DNA of 64,000 nt, taken from positions 73,293-137,292 of the forward strand of contig JABHSK010000002.1 in NCBI GenBank assembly GCA_018669975.1, in the 5' to 3' direction. Positions within the stretch are counted from its first letter, which is position 1; every line of letters begins with the position of its first letter. The notes beneath the pieces were generated by a model, which worked only from the letters and a program-made list of their open reading frames with translations, made no database searches and had not been told where the DNA came from. The stretch comes from Candidatus Parcubacteria bacterium (GTDB lineage Bacteria > Patescibacteriota > Patescibacteriia > UBA1558 > GWA2-36-10). Positions 1 through 8,743 of the stretch are shown here, one piece after another. Made by a program: the position numbers and the translations under genes.

Positions 1-212
1 CCAGAAACGGAAGGAAATATTAAGCCTCCTTGTTAATTGTTAAAAGCTGGGGTAAAAGAACATAATTATCTTTATATCAAATAAACGTGTCTTTTTAACA
101 TATAATCACATTTTTGTCAAGTATTTAAACGCTTAGATACTAAAAACATTGCTTTTTTAGCAAAAAACGACTAAAATTAATATATTAAAATTATTAATAA
201 AAATACAAAAAA

Positions 213-923
213 ATGGACGTAAGAATAAAAACCCCCTTTGTTAACGTTAGATTAGAAACTCCGTACGCTAAAACTCTTCCCGTCATAAACGGTCCCTATA
301 CTAGAATTTATTTAATTAGGCATTGCCACCCTGATTATGGTGTTAAACATGTAGTTGGTGATGAAAAAATGCCCCTATCAAAATTAGGTCTTAAACAAAG
401 AAAACTATTAAATAAAAAACTTAAACAAATACAGCTGGAAAAGATATATGCTAGTGAATTACTACGCGCTAAAGAAACAGCTGCTGACTTTGCCAAAAAA
501 AATAAAAAAAGAATCCATACCGATAAACGCCTAAATGAAATTGACTGGACTGAATGGTATAAAATAAAATATTTTAATATGTCTGAAAAAACTCGTATTA
601 GACGGGTGCAAAAATATAAAAAGATAGATAAGGAATTACACCAGCTACATAGTAAATCTAGAAAATTATTAGCTGATATATACAAAAAGAATAAAGGCAA
701 ACGAGTTGGAGTCTTCTGTCATGGTAATCTAATTAGAGCCATGGTGACTAGCATCCTACATACCGACGTAATAGTTTTCCTATCCATGGAAATATATCAG
801 TCATCAGTCACTAAGTTAGTAATAGATCGTGATGGTTATATTAAAATAAATTACATAAATAATATCTGCCATTTACCACACAAACCTGATGAAGATCTAT
901 TTATGGCTGCTCTCAATCAATAA
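213..923 (+). CDS. histidine phosphatase (phosphoglycerate-mutase-like) family protein
   Basis: N-terminal LIRHCHP (RHG-like catalytic His motif) and a later VFCHGNLIRAM motif, as in branch-1 histidine phosphatases. Assignment from motifs only. Confidence 0.45.
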   Translation: MDVRIKTPFVNVRLETPYAKTLPVINGPYTRIYLIRHCHPDYGVKHVVGDEKMPLSKLGLKQRKLLNKKLKQIQLEKIYASELLRAKETAADFAKKNKKRIHTDKRLNEIDWTEWYKIKYFNMSEKTRIRRVQKYKKIDKELHQLHSKSRKLLADIYKKNKGKRVGVFCHGNLIRAMVTSILHTDVIVFLSMEIYQSSVTKLVIDRDGYIKINYINNICHLPHKPDEDLFMAALNQ

Positions 924-976
924 AATATCAAACATAAAAAAGACTCCTACTCAGGAGTCTTTTTTGTATACCTTAT

Positions 977-1369
977 TTATTCTTCACGAAGACAATCGCC
1001 TGCTCTCATACCCCTATGAAAACCTTTGCGAAAGCCTTTCTTTTTATCTGGAAAATCCATCTCAGCCCAAAGAGCTTTTGCTTCTTCGTAATTACCGTCT
1101 TGCTTCAACTGATGTAGAGTAGCAAATTGACTGAAGTTATCTTCCGTAATAAACTCCAACATTTTGCCATTATCTTGATGAAGATCTGCCCAAGTTTGAT
1201 AGTCACCACTCTCTATGGCCTCTACCATTGCCTCGTGCTTGATAGGATCACGTTTCTGACCCTCAAAGTTTGGCTTGCCCTGATAAGCAGAGGCCAATGA
1301 AGAAACTGCTAAAGTGGTCACAAATAGACCTAGAACTCCGGCTAATAGATAAAATCTGTTCTTTTTCAT
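977..1369 (-). CDS. small secreted hypothetical protein
   Basis: N-terminal signal peptide (MKKNRFYLLAGVLGLFVTTLAVSSLASA) and a charged, helical-looking remainder. Lies downstream of the sigma/anti-sigma pair on the same strand. Confidence 0.4.
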   Translation of the reverse strand: MKKNRFYLLAGVLGLFVTTLAVSSLASAYQGKPNFEGQKRDPIKHEAMVEAIESGDYQTWADLHQDNGKMLEFITEDNFSQFATLHQLKQDGNYEEAKALWAEMDFPDKKKGFRKGFHRGMRAGDCLREE

Positions 1370-1452
1370 ATCTATTTTTATTATTAATTTTTAAATAAAG
1401 CTTGATCGACCCTTGCTTCTATCTAATACTACGCATTTAAATATTTTTTCTT

Positions 1453-2214
1453 TCAACGCTCTAAAGGACGTTTTATATCTAGCATACTGTGAGGGCCTCC
1501 TTTATCTTTCATAAACCTCATTCCTTTCATTGGAAATATAGCTTTAGCCTTAAAAATATTATCCCCTTGTACCTCTCCTATAATTTTCAAGGGCATACTA
1601 ATTTCTACTGGTAATAATGGTAACTCAGCCTCGGTTACATCTACTTGCCAAAGTTCACCATCCAAACCCTTTACAGTAACATGCTCCTCATCTTCTACGT
1701 ATATTAACACTCCTGCTAATAAACCTTTATCTGGCTGACTCCAAGCCCCTGCCCGTCTATTGATAACTTTCTTATAGAAATACTCATTTCCAATTACCAA
1801 ACCGTCCATGGTTTGAGCCACACCAATTTTATATAAAAATGATCCAAACAATATACTAAAAATTATACTGCCGGCTATTAATTTATGTACAGCAATTTTA
1901 TATCCACCCTTGGTGTGCCTAAAATTGTAATAAGCTACCCCTATAAAAATCAATAAAAACAGCAGCCAGAAATATGGCAGGGTTGTTAAAATGAACTGCC
2001 ATAGACTATTACTAATCTGACTATAAATATCCCAATCATTATTTACCAACATGTATAATACTACAGAAAAAGATAAGCTGCCTACCAATAAAGATATAAA
2101 GCCAAATATCCAAACTACATAATCTTTTAACAGAAAATGCCACCTTGGTTTAGGTTTAATATCTTTGTTCTTAATTTTTTTCAGTGTATCCTGACTAACG
2201 TTATTATCACTCAT
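1453..2214 (-). CDS. putative membrane anti-sigma factor / membrane protein
   Basis: Starts 4 nt after the ECF sigma gene on the same strand. N-terminal cytoplasmic segment, several TM helices and a C-terminal soluble domain. Role inferred from position only. Confidence 0.35.
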   Translation of the reverse strand: MSDNNVSQDTLKKIKNKDIKPKPRWHFLLKDYVVWIFGFISLLVGSLSFSVVLYMLVNNDWDIYSQISNSLWQFILTTLPYFWLLFLLIFIGVAYYNFRHTKGGYKIAVHKLIAGSIIFSILFGSFLYKIGVAQTMDGLVIGNEYFYKKVINRRAGAWSQPDKGLLAGVLIYVEDEEHVTVKGLDGELWQVDVTEAELPLLPVEISMPLKIIGEVQGDNIFKAKAIFPMKGMRFMKDKGGPHSMLDIKRPLER

Positions 2215-2218
2215 ATGT

Positions 2219-2803
2219 TTATAAATTAAATTTTTTGTCTTTTACCACTTTCTTAAACTGCTGTTTAGCCCGACTCAATAAAGTAGCTATCGTACCCATG
2301 GGCTTCTTTAAAATATCAGATATCTCCTGATAATTTTTATCTTCTAAGTATTTTAAAATTAACACTTCTTGATATTTATCATCTAACTCTTCTAAAACCT
2401 GTGCTACCTTTTGACTCAAATATTCTCTGTCTATTTCCCTACTAATATTAAAATCTGCTATCAAATTATTTAAAATATTTTCAGAGTCCCAATCAATCTG
2501 CTGTGGTCTAGCCTTTAATTTTCTAAAGTTACTAATAACCTGATTGTGCACGATGCGATAAATCCAAGAAGAAAATTTTAGTTTATCATCAAAATTATTC
2601 AAATTTTCATAGACCTTAATAAAGGAATCCTGCAGCACATCCTCTGCATCTTCCTGCCTTATATTAGCTATTCTATTAATATAACGTAATAACTTGGCTT
2701 CGTATCTTTTCATTAAACATAAAAAATAATCTGCCTCGCCTAAAGCAAGACTGACTAACTCTTCATCTGTTTTTCCCTTACAGTTAAACATAACGTTTAC
2801 CAT
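2219..2803 (-). CDS. RNA polymerase ECF-type sigma-70 factor
   Basis: Sigma-70 region-2 signature (DVLQDSFIKVYENL...SWIYRIVHNQVISNFRK) and a region-4 helix-turn-helix (YQEVLILKYLEDKNYQEISDILKKPMGTIATLLSRAKQQF). Confidence 0.8.
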   Translation of the reverse strand: MVNVMFNCKGKTDEELVSLALGEADYFLCLMKRYEAKLLRYINRIANIRQEDAEDVLQDSFIKVYENLNNFDDKLKFSSWIYRIVHNQVISNFRKLKARPQQIDWDSENILNNLIADFNISREIDREYLSQKVAQVLEELDDKYQEVLILKYLEDKNYQEISDILKKPMGTIATLLSRAKQQFKKVVKDKKFNL

Positions 2804-2898
2804 TATCTATATAATACGCATTCTAGTGCATTTTCTTTCATTGAGCAAACAAAAAACTACCTAAAAAACCAGGTAGTTCAGTTTATAATATAAAATTA

Positions 2899-3291
2899 TT
2901 AAAAATTTCTATAGGCATCATCTATCTCATCGTCTGACCAGCCACCTTGAGATCTTAGTGTATCTTTAATGCTACTATCTATCATTCCGGCTTCTCTCGC
3001 TTTATTAATATAATCATGCAAAGCTTTTTGATTATTATCAACATCAACAAATTTAATCCCATATTCTTGCTTCACATATCTATCCCATAGCTTAAAAAAC
3101 AAATGGCCCAAGACATAAGCTGTCGGCACATAAACAACCAAACTAATACCAGCTGTACATATAATAGAGGCTGCCAAGAAAGCAAGACCACCTGATGGTG
3201 ACATGATTAGAAAAAATAAAACAATTATCATTGCTCCCGCTCCTAATTCTTTGGGCTTGTTTCTTTTTCTTGATTTTTGAATCTGTGGCAT
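2899..3291 (-). CDS. small membrane protein with conserved C-terminal GGWSD-EI domain (paralog 1)
   Basis: TM helices followed by a ~40-aa tail HDYINKAREAGMIDSSIKDTLRSQGGWSDDEIDDAYRNF. Paralogous to the adjacent gene. Confidence 0.5.
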   Translation of the reverse strand: MPQIQKSRKRNKPKELGAGAMIIVLFFLIMSPSGGLAFLAASIICTAGISLVVYVPTAYVLGHLFFKLWDRYVKQEYGIKFVDVDNNQKALHDYINKAREAGMIDSSIKDTLRSQGGWSDDEIDDAYRNF

Positions 3292-3297
3292 AGTAAA

Positions 3298-3675
3298 TTA
3301 TTTTAATACATCAAAAGCTTTAGCGATTTCGTTATCTGACCAACCACCTTGGTTTTTTAAATTTACTCCAATTTCTTGATCAGTTAAATTGTTATGTTTT
3401 GCAGATCTTATGTAATCTACCAAGGCTTCTGTATTTTTATCAAGCTTCATTTTACCTTTTCGGCCCGTTCTAATTATTTTTCTTATCAACTTATAAGCAC
3501 CTACTAGTATTATAATTCCCAACGGTCCAAATACTAAAACAATACCTCCATCAAGACCACCGCAAACTATAGCAAAAAATAATAAAAACGCACCCATACC
3601 TAACACAGCTAGAATGCATAATATAGCAATTATTTTTAAAAGTATGCTAAGCGTTGTTTTTGATGCTGCTGTCAT
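3298..3675 (-). CDS. small membrane protein with conserved C-terminal GGWSD-EI domain (paralog 2)
   Basis: Tail VDYIRSAKHNNLTDQEIGVNLKNQGGWSDNEIAKAFDVL aligns with the neighbour. The 5' end overlaps the upstream ORF by 29 nt, so the true start may be an internal Met. Confidence 0.5.
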   Translation of the reverse strand: MTAASKTTLSILLKIIAILCILAVLGMGAFLLFFAIVCGGLDGGIVLVFGPLGIIILVGAYKLIRKIIRTGRKGKMKLDKNTEALVDYIRSAKHNNLTDQEIGVNLKNQGGWSDNEIAKAFDVLK

Positions 3676-4702
3676 TTTTACGACGATTCTCTAATATATA
3701 TATCCAATATTTGCTAGAAGCAATAATTAAGGCTAAATAAAATGGTACAGCAAAAATAACTTCTATCGGCACAGAAGTAAAGGGAAGAGTATAGCCAGAA
3801 AAATTAGCCACTGTACTAGGACCATACACTCGATATTGACTGGCTATCAACCAAGCTTCTATCGGTGTAGTGATTATACCTGCTACCAATAAATAGGCTA
3901 TAAACTTTTCTATTAGGTTAAAATGCACTAAAAATTTATCCACGAAACCAATTGCCAACCATATGATTATAATCCAAATACCAGACATCAAAATGCTAAC
4001 GTCTCTATAAAAATATGACCATGCAGGCAAATTAGCATTGAGAACCATAGGTTCAATCATAATTTCAAAAAATATTACTGCTAGCAAAACAATCAACAAT
4101 TCCCTACCCCACTTAATCTTTTTCATTGGGATAAGCAATTTCTTGTCGATTACTAGACTCCAATATTTATAAAATCCAATAACTAAAGTCATAAATACTG
4201 GGATATAGTAAAAAGAACTCCATGGAATATTAAACCACGGCACAAAATGATCTTTGATAACCTCTAAAGACTCCGGCGCGTAAGCTCTAATCCCTAAACC
4301 CACCACTGCTTTTTCTGCCCATAAAGCTATAATAAATACGAACAATAAATAAAGCAGAAACTTATGCCATTCTTTAAAATGGACTAAATATTTATCTATC
4401 AAAACTACTGGCACTAAAATAATTGTTGACCAACCAATGGTTAGCACCCAAGATACATCACGATAGACATAGGCCAATTCTCCCAATCTAAAATTATGCC
4501 ACATCGGTGCTGTAAAGAATTCAAAAATAAAAACGCCTAATGCAATAATGGCGAATCTTAAAAAAATCTTGTCTGTAATTTTTGATAAAAAGAATAAAGA
4601 TGCTGCAGCCATGACAAAGATAAATACCTCAAAATAAATTATCGGCATAGTGGCAACCTTGTCAAAGTGACAAGCAGCTGAGCTACAAGGTTGAAAAATC
4701 AT
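3647..4702 (-). CDS. polytopic membrane protein with internal tandem duplication
   Basis: Two homologous halves (YRDVSWVLTIGWSTIILVPVVLIDKYLVHF and YRDVSILMSGIWIIIIWLAIGFVDKFLVHF). At least 8 predicted TM helices. Confidence 0.5.
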   Translation of the reverse strand: MIFQPCSSAACHFDKVATMPIIYFEVFIFVMAAASLFFLSKITDKIFLRFAIIALGVFIFEFFTAPMWHNFRLGELAYVYRDVSWVLTIGWSTIILVPVVLIDKYLVHFKEWHKFLLYLLFVFIIALWAEKAVVGLGIRAYAPESLEVIKDHFVPWFNIPWSSFYYIPVFMTLVIGFYKYWSLVIDKKLLIPMKKIKWGRELLIVLLAVIFFEIMIEPMVLNANLPAWSYFYRDVSILMSGIWIIIIWLAIGFVDKFLVHFNLIEKFIAYLLVAGIITTPIEAWLIASQYRVYGPSTVANFSGYTLPFTSVPIEVIFAVPFYLALIIASSKYWIYILENRRKNDSSIKNNA

Positions 4703-4752
4703 AGTTCTTTAATAAGTTATTTAACTATATGTAATATTATAGCACTAAAATA

Positions 4753-5916
4753 TTAGTGTTCACAAGAACAACCTGAACAACCACTCTGTTTTTTATCTGA
4801 AGCATTTAAAAATTCTGAATCCTTCATTTTACAACCCTGCCAGGTAGCCTGGGAAAAATGTGGATGCGTAGACAATTCATCCCAAATTTTATATAGCGGT
4901 TTCTGTAAAATATTTCCAAAACCAGCATGGTTAAAATCACAAGGAGAAATATCACCATATGGTGATGCATAAAAATAACTAGTACCCCCTGAACAACCAG
5001 TGCTACGATAGCTGGTAGCATAGGCATAGATTAAAACTCCCGGATAACTTTTATCTTTATTATATTTTTTACTAAATGTTATCATCTCCTCTATCCAGGC
5101 TCGATTATCTATCAAATCATCACGACTTTTGGCGCGACCGACTGGTACCATGTCAAAAACAAGCACTTCATGCACGCCCAGCTCCTGGCCCAACTCAATT
5201 ATTGCTTTAAGTCGACCGCTACGGAAATCATCTTCACTAATAGTGCACGATAAACCAACCGTTAAGCCAGCTTTTTTAGCTGCTTGTATACCAGCTAGTG
5301 CTTTATCAAAGAGCCCATCCTTGCGTCGCCTTTTATCATGTTCCTCACGATTAGCTGAATCCATAGAGATATAAACTCCATCTAAGCCAGACTGCTTCAA
5401 CTGCTCAGCTTTTTCTTCCAAAAACCATCCGTTAGTAAATAAAATAGCAATTGATAAATCTTTATCAATGCTAGAAACTATTTCTGGTAAATCATCCCTA
5501 AGCAAAGGCTCGCCACCAACTATATTGATAACTGACACACCTAATTCTTGAGCATCCTCTATTAGCTTCTTACTTTGATCTAGGGTCAAAATTTGCCTAC
5601 TCCTATCATCTGCTGATTCAAAGAAACTACAGTGCTCACAATTAACATTACAAGTGTCATTAACTGCAAAGCTCATTAAATTGGGGAAATTACGATTTTG
5701 AATAGTAGAAAAAACTGACCTAGAAAATAAATTAACAGCTGGTTTACTATAAACTGCTGGCGTAGAAAGAGAATACACTGGGTAACCATCACGCCAATGA
5801 ACAACCTTATTATGATTGAGGTAAATTTTATAAACTCGCTCAAAAAAATCTATTGAATATTGAATTGATCTAGTAGAAATAAACCATTTGAATCTAAACT
5901 TGGAAAAAATACTCAT
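4753..5916 (-). CDS. radical SAM enzyme with C-terminal SPASM/twitch-like Cys-rich domain
   Basis: CNVNCEHC (CxxxCxxC) radical-SAM cluster motif, a NIVGGEPLL glycine-rich motif, and a C-terminal C-x12-G-x4-C segment (CSGGTSYFYASPYGDISPC) followed by a CSGCSCEH Cys cluster. Confidence 0.8.
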   Translation of the reverse strand: MSIFSKFRFKWFISTRSIQYSIDFFERVYKIYLNHNKVVHWRDGYPVYSLSTPAVYSKPAVNLFSRSVFSTIQNRNFPNLMSFAVNDTCNVNCEHCSFFESADDRSRQILTLDQSKKLIEDAQELGVSVINIVGGEPLLRDDLPEIVSSIDKDLSIAILFTNGWFLEEKAEQLKQSGLDGVYISMDSANREEHDKRRRKDGLFDKALAGIQAAKKAGLTVGLSCTISEDDFRSGRLKAIIELGQELGVHEVLVFDMVPVGRAKSRDDLIDNRAWIEEMITFSKKYNKDKSYPGVLIYAYATSYRSTGCSGGTSYFYASPYGDISPCDFNHAGFGNILQKPLYKIWDELSTHPHFSQATWQGCKMKDSEFLNASDKKQSGCSGCSCEH

Positions 5917-5935
5917 ATTGAATTATAATTAATAT

Positions 5936-6484
5936 ATGTTAATTAAAGAAATAATATTTTTTATTACACCGCTATTATTAGCTGGTCTAATCCATCACTT
6001 ATTTGTTATTAAATTTGATCTGGTCAAACAACTTGCAAGACCTATTGATAATAACCTATTTTTAGGTGGGCAGCAATTATTCGGTCAGTCAAAGACTTGG
6101 CGTGGCATTATTGTTATGACTGCCTTATCCGGTCTTTTTTACTACTACTTGTCATACTGGATTAATATTGAGACAAATTACCCAGCCCTTATATCTGGGA
6201 TGCTCATAGGCCTCGGCTATGCTCTGGGTGAATTGCCAAACAGCTTTATAAAACGCCGTCTCCATATAGGTGCTAGTCAATCAAATTATAAGGGTTTTAA
6301 AAAAATATTTTATCTTATCGATCAGGTTGATTCTGTAGTCGGTGCTTTAATATTATTATATGTTGTCTACCAGCCATCAATAAACCTGGTGCTATCAATA
6401 TTAATAATTAGTTCTTTACTGCATTTATTAATAGACAGTTATCTGCATAAATTCAGCTACAAAAAATCAAACAATATACAATAA
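5936..6484 (+). CDS. small integral membrane CTP-transferase-superfamily protein (CarS/CdsA-like)
   Basis: About 180 aa with 5 TM helices and a GQSKTWRG motif resembling the KTW(E/R)G motif of CdsA/CarS-type cytidylyltransferases. Only plus-strand gene in this cluster. Weak assignment. Confidence 0.4.
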   Translation: MLIKEIIFFITPLLLAGLIHHLFVIKFDLVKQLARPIDNNLFLGGQQLFGQSKTWRGIIVMTALSGLFYYYLSYWINIETNYPALISGMLIGLGYALGELPNSFIKRRLHIGASQSNYKGFKKIFYLIDQVDSVVGALILLYVVYQPSINLVLSILIISSLLHLLIDSYLHKFSYKKSNNIQ

Positions 6485-7117
6485 ATAATAAATAGCCGCG
6501 CCAGCAGACACTGGTACCACCAAATTATCCAAACCTTTACCAAATAAACCTTCTAAGAAGCTAACCAATAAAGCAGCTATTATTGCGAAAACGAAATCTA
6601 ATGCAGATAATTGACCCTTAACAAACCAGACTACTCCCAATAATACCAACAATGTCACTATAAAAAACAAAACACTGCCCAGCCATGTTTTTTCTCCAGT
6701 GAGATTGTATTTTTTTTGTCCAAATTTATAACCAATCACGCCAGCCAAACCATCGGCTAACGCTAAAATCAAAACCGCGCCCTGAAAAATGATAGCCTTA
6801 ATTGGCACAAAAGTAACAAAAGTAACTGTCAGTCCAAGTGGAAACAAAACCGCGCCCGAACTATGCCCGTTTATTTTATGAACACTGTCTAATAATTTCT
6901 GCCTTTTTATAATTAATAAAAATAAAGCGAAAAAAATACCAATAACCACTGCCATTGGTACTCCAAACCAAACTGGTAACAACAAAGAGACAAAACCACC
7001 GCCAATATGAGCAATCTTTCTAGAATACTCTGTCCGCATACCCCGACGATAAAAAAACTCACCTGTCAAAAATACAGCTACATACAAAATTAAAATTATA
7101 ATTAAATGCCAAATCAT
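6467..7117 (-). CDS. polyprenol (dolichol/phytol) kinase-like CTP-dependent membrane kinase (CdsA/DolK superfamily)
   Basis: YRRGMRTEYSRKIAHIGGG, GEKTWLGS, ALADGLAGVIGYKFG and C-terminal LEGLFGKGLDNLVVPV motifs, as in the DolK/VTE5 family. Polytopic. Confidence 0.55.
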   Translation of the reverse strand: MIWHLIIILILYVAVFLTGEFFYRRGMRTEYSRKIAHIGGGFVSLLLPVWFGVPMAVVIGIFFALFLLIIKRQKLLDSVHKINGHSSGAVLFPLGLTVTFVTFVPIKAIIFQGAVLILALADGLAGVIGYKFGQKKYNLTGEKTWLGSVLFFIVTLLVLLGVVWFVKGQLSALDFVFAIIAALLVSFLEGLFGKGLDNLVVPVSAGAAIYYLLYIV

Positions 7118-8130
7118 ATTTGTTTTTGATAAGCCCGATAATACCTATAAATATCTGCACCCTTAGTCAAATTCAAGATGCCTTGATTATCTTCACGCAT
7201 AGTAGAAAATATAAATTCCTTAACGTTCTGCTTTTTAGCTTGCTGATATACCCAATAAAACATAGCTTTGCCAATAGCCTGCCCCTGAAATTTACTGCCG
7301 ACTGCAAAGGTTTTAATTATAACTCTATCTGAATCACTTACATCTGCAACAGCAAAACAAAAAGCAGCAGCACATTTTTTCTTATCTAACACCAAACAAC
7401 TAAAAGGCAGGGTTGATGTTCTATCTAAATCTTTATAATAATGGGCAAACTCTTCTAAGCTAATTTTAGCAAATGACCAGGAATCTACAAATACCTCGCT
7501 AATCATCTGAAATATAGCTTGCAAACTAGCCTGATAATTTTTCTCATTAATGTGCTCAAAAACAAATCCATTGGCCACTACCTCCGAAAAATCTTGAGCA
7601 AAATTAGTAAAACCGCAATCTTTCAATGAAGATATAGTAGAAACATTTTGCTGAGCTATTTCAAAATTTGCGTTTTCAAATAAATCTTTATAATAGGCCC
7701 TACAAAATGGCTCTAGAGAAAAAGGCTGTCTGTCTTCAGGAAATGACACTCGCCAATTTTGCCAAGTAGTTAAATTAATCGGCCCACGTAAAATTTTTCT
7801 ACCCAGTTGTCGTGCGTGCTCCGATATAGCGTCAAAAATTTTATCTGCGTAGACTTGATTATTTTTAGACTCAAAACAACCTAGTAAGGCCAATTCTGCT
7901 GGCAAACGAGAGTCTGTAATAACCGCTGCGTGAGCCACTGGCTTGCCCTGATCCAACAACAAAAAATTATCTACAGAACCAAAATTAAAAAAGGGATTAC
8001 TAATATTATTAATCTTTCTAGCCTCCTCTACCTTTGTCCTTGCGACATCTGGATAGTCCCGATAAATATCTACAATCAGATCACTATAATCGCTAAGCAA
8101 GCCGTCAATTTTGTAATTAATGACTTCCAT
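7114..8130 (-). CDS. GNAT-family N-acetyltransferase domain protein (C-terminal) with unknown N-terminal domain
   Basis: C-terminal VIIKTFAVGSKFQGQAIGKAMFYWVYQQA (Q/RxxGxG/A acetyl-CoA motif). The N-terminal ~190 aa are unassigned. Confidence 0.5.
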   Translation of the reverse strand: MEVINYKIDGLLSDYSDLIVDIYRDYPDVARTKVEEARKINNISNPFFNFGSVDNFLLLDQGKPVAHAAVITDSRLPAELALLGCFESKNNQVYADKIFDAISEHARQLGRKILRGPINLTTWQNWRVSFPEDRQPFSLEPFCRAYYKDLFENANFEIAQQNVSTISSLKDCGFTNFAQDFSEVVANGFVFEHINEKNYQASLQAIFQMISEVFVDSWSFAKISLEEFAHYYKDLDRTSTLPFSCLVLDKKKCAAAFCFAVADVSDSDRVIIKTFAVGSKFQGQAIGKAMFYWVYQQAKKQNVKEFIFSTMREDNQGILNLTKGADIYRYYRAYQKQI

Positions 8131-8743
8131 AAAAATGTAAATACAACATTACTGCAATTAAAGCTGCCAAAAAGATAACAAAGCCACTAATTTTTTTTGG
8201 TTTTGGGAAAGGGAAAGTAGACAACATTAAAATACTAGTCAACATAATTAAAACATCTGATATATAGACAAAATATTGCACGGCATTAAGCTTAAATATC
8301 AAAAACAACAGAACCAATAAATGACTAAAGACTACTGGCAGACCTGGATAATTAAAACCAGACACATAGCCCAACACATTGAAACGTGCTAAACGAAAAA
8401 CTCCACTGGCTAAAAAAATAAAAATTACTATAATAGACCCGATGTCTTGCAAACCGAAAAATAAATAAAAAGCCAAAGCTGGATAAACTAAGTAAATAAA
8501 AACATCAACTTGCCCGTCTAGTAAACGACCAAAATCTGAGCTTATACCTAATTTTCTAGCTAACCAACCATCTGCAAAATCAACAATAAAAGCTAACAGC
8601 ACCAAGGCAAAAGATAAATAGAATTGACCCTGCAATAGAAAAACTATTGCTAACCAAACTGTTAATAGAGCCAATAAAGTAATGGCGTTTGGTCCATTAA
8701 AAAATTGATTATTTTTTTCATTGTCCATAGATGATTTCTCCAT
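8117..8743 (-). CDS. CDP-alcohol phosphatidyltransferase
   Basis: Exact match to the D-G-x2-A-R-x8-G-x3-D-x3-D signature (DGWLARKLGISSDFGRLLDGQVD). Polytopic membrane protein. Confidence 0.85.
   Translation of the reverse strand: MEKSSMDNEKNNQFFNGPNAITLLALLTVWLAIVFLLQGQFYLSFALVLLAFIVDFADGWLARKLGISSDFGRLLDGQVDVFIYLVYPALAFYLFFGLQDIGSIIVIFIFLASGVFRLARFNVLGYVSGFNYPGLPVVFSHLLVLLFLIFKLNAVQYFVYISDVLIMLTSILMLSTFPFPKPKKISGFVIFLAALIAVMLYLHFYGSH

Noticed and set aside
335-700. Antisense ORF inside the histidine phosphatase gene
   Set aside because: Shadow ORF on the opposite strand of a better-supported CDS. Low-complexity translation.
889-1122. Plus-strand 77-aa ORF
   Set aside because: Overlaps the better-supported minus-strand secreted-protein gene and has no motif support.
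4824-5374. ORFs 4824..5027(-) and 5129..5374(+) inside the radical-SAM gene
   Set aside because: Alternative-frame or antisense shadows of the radical-SAM CDS.
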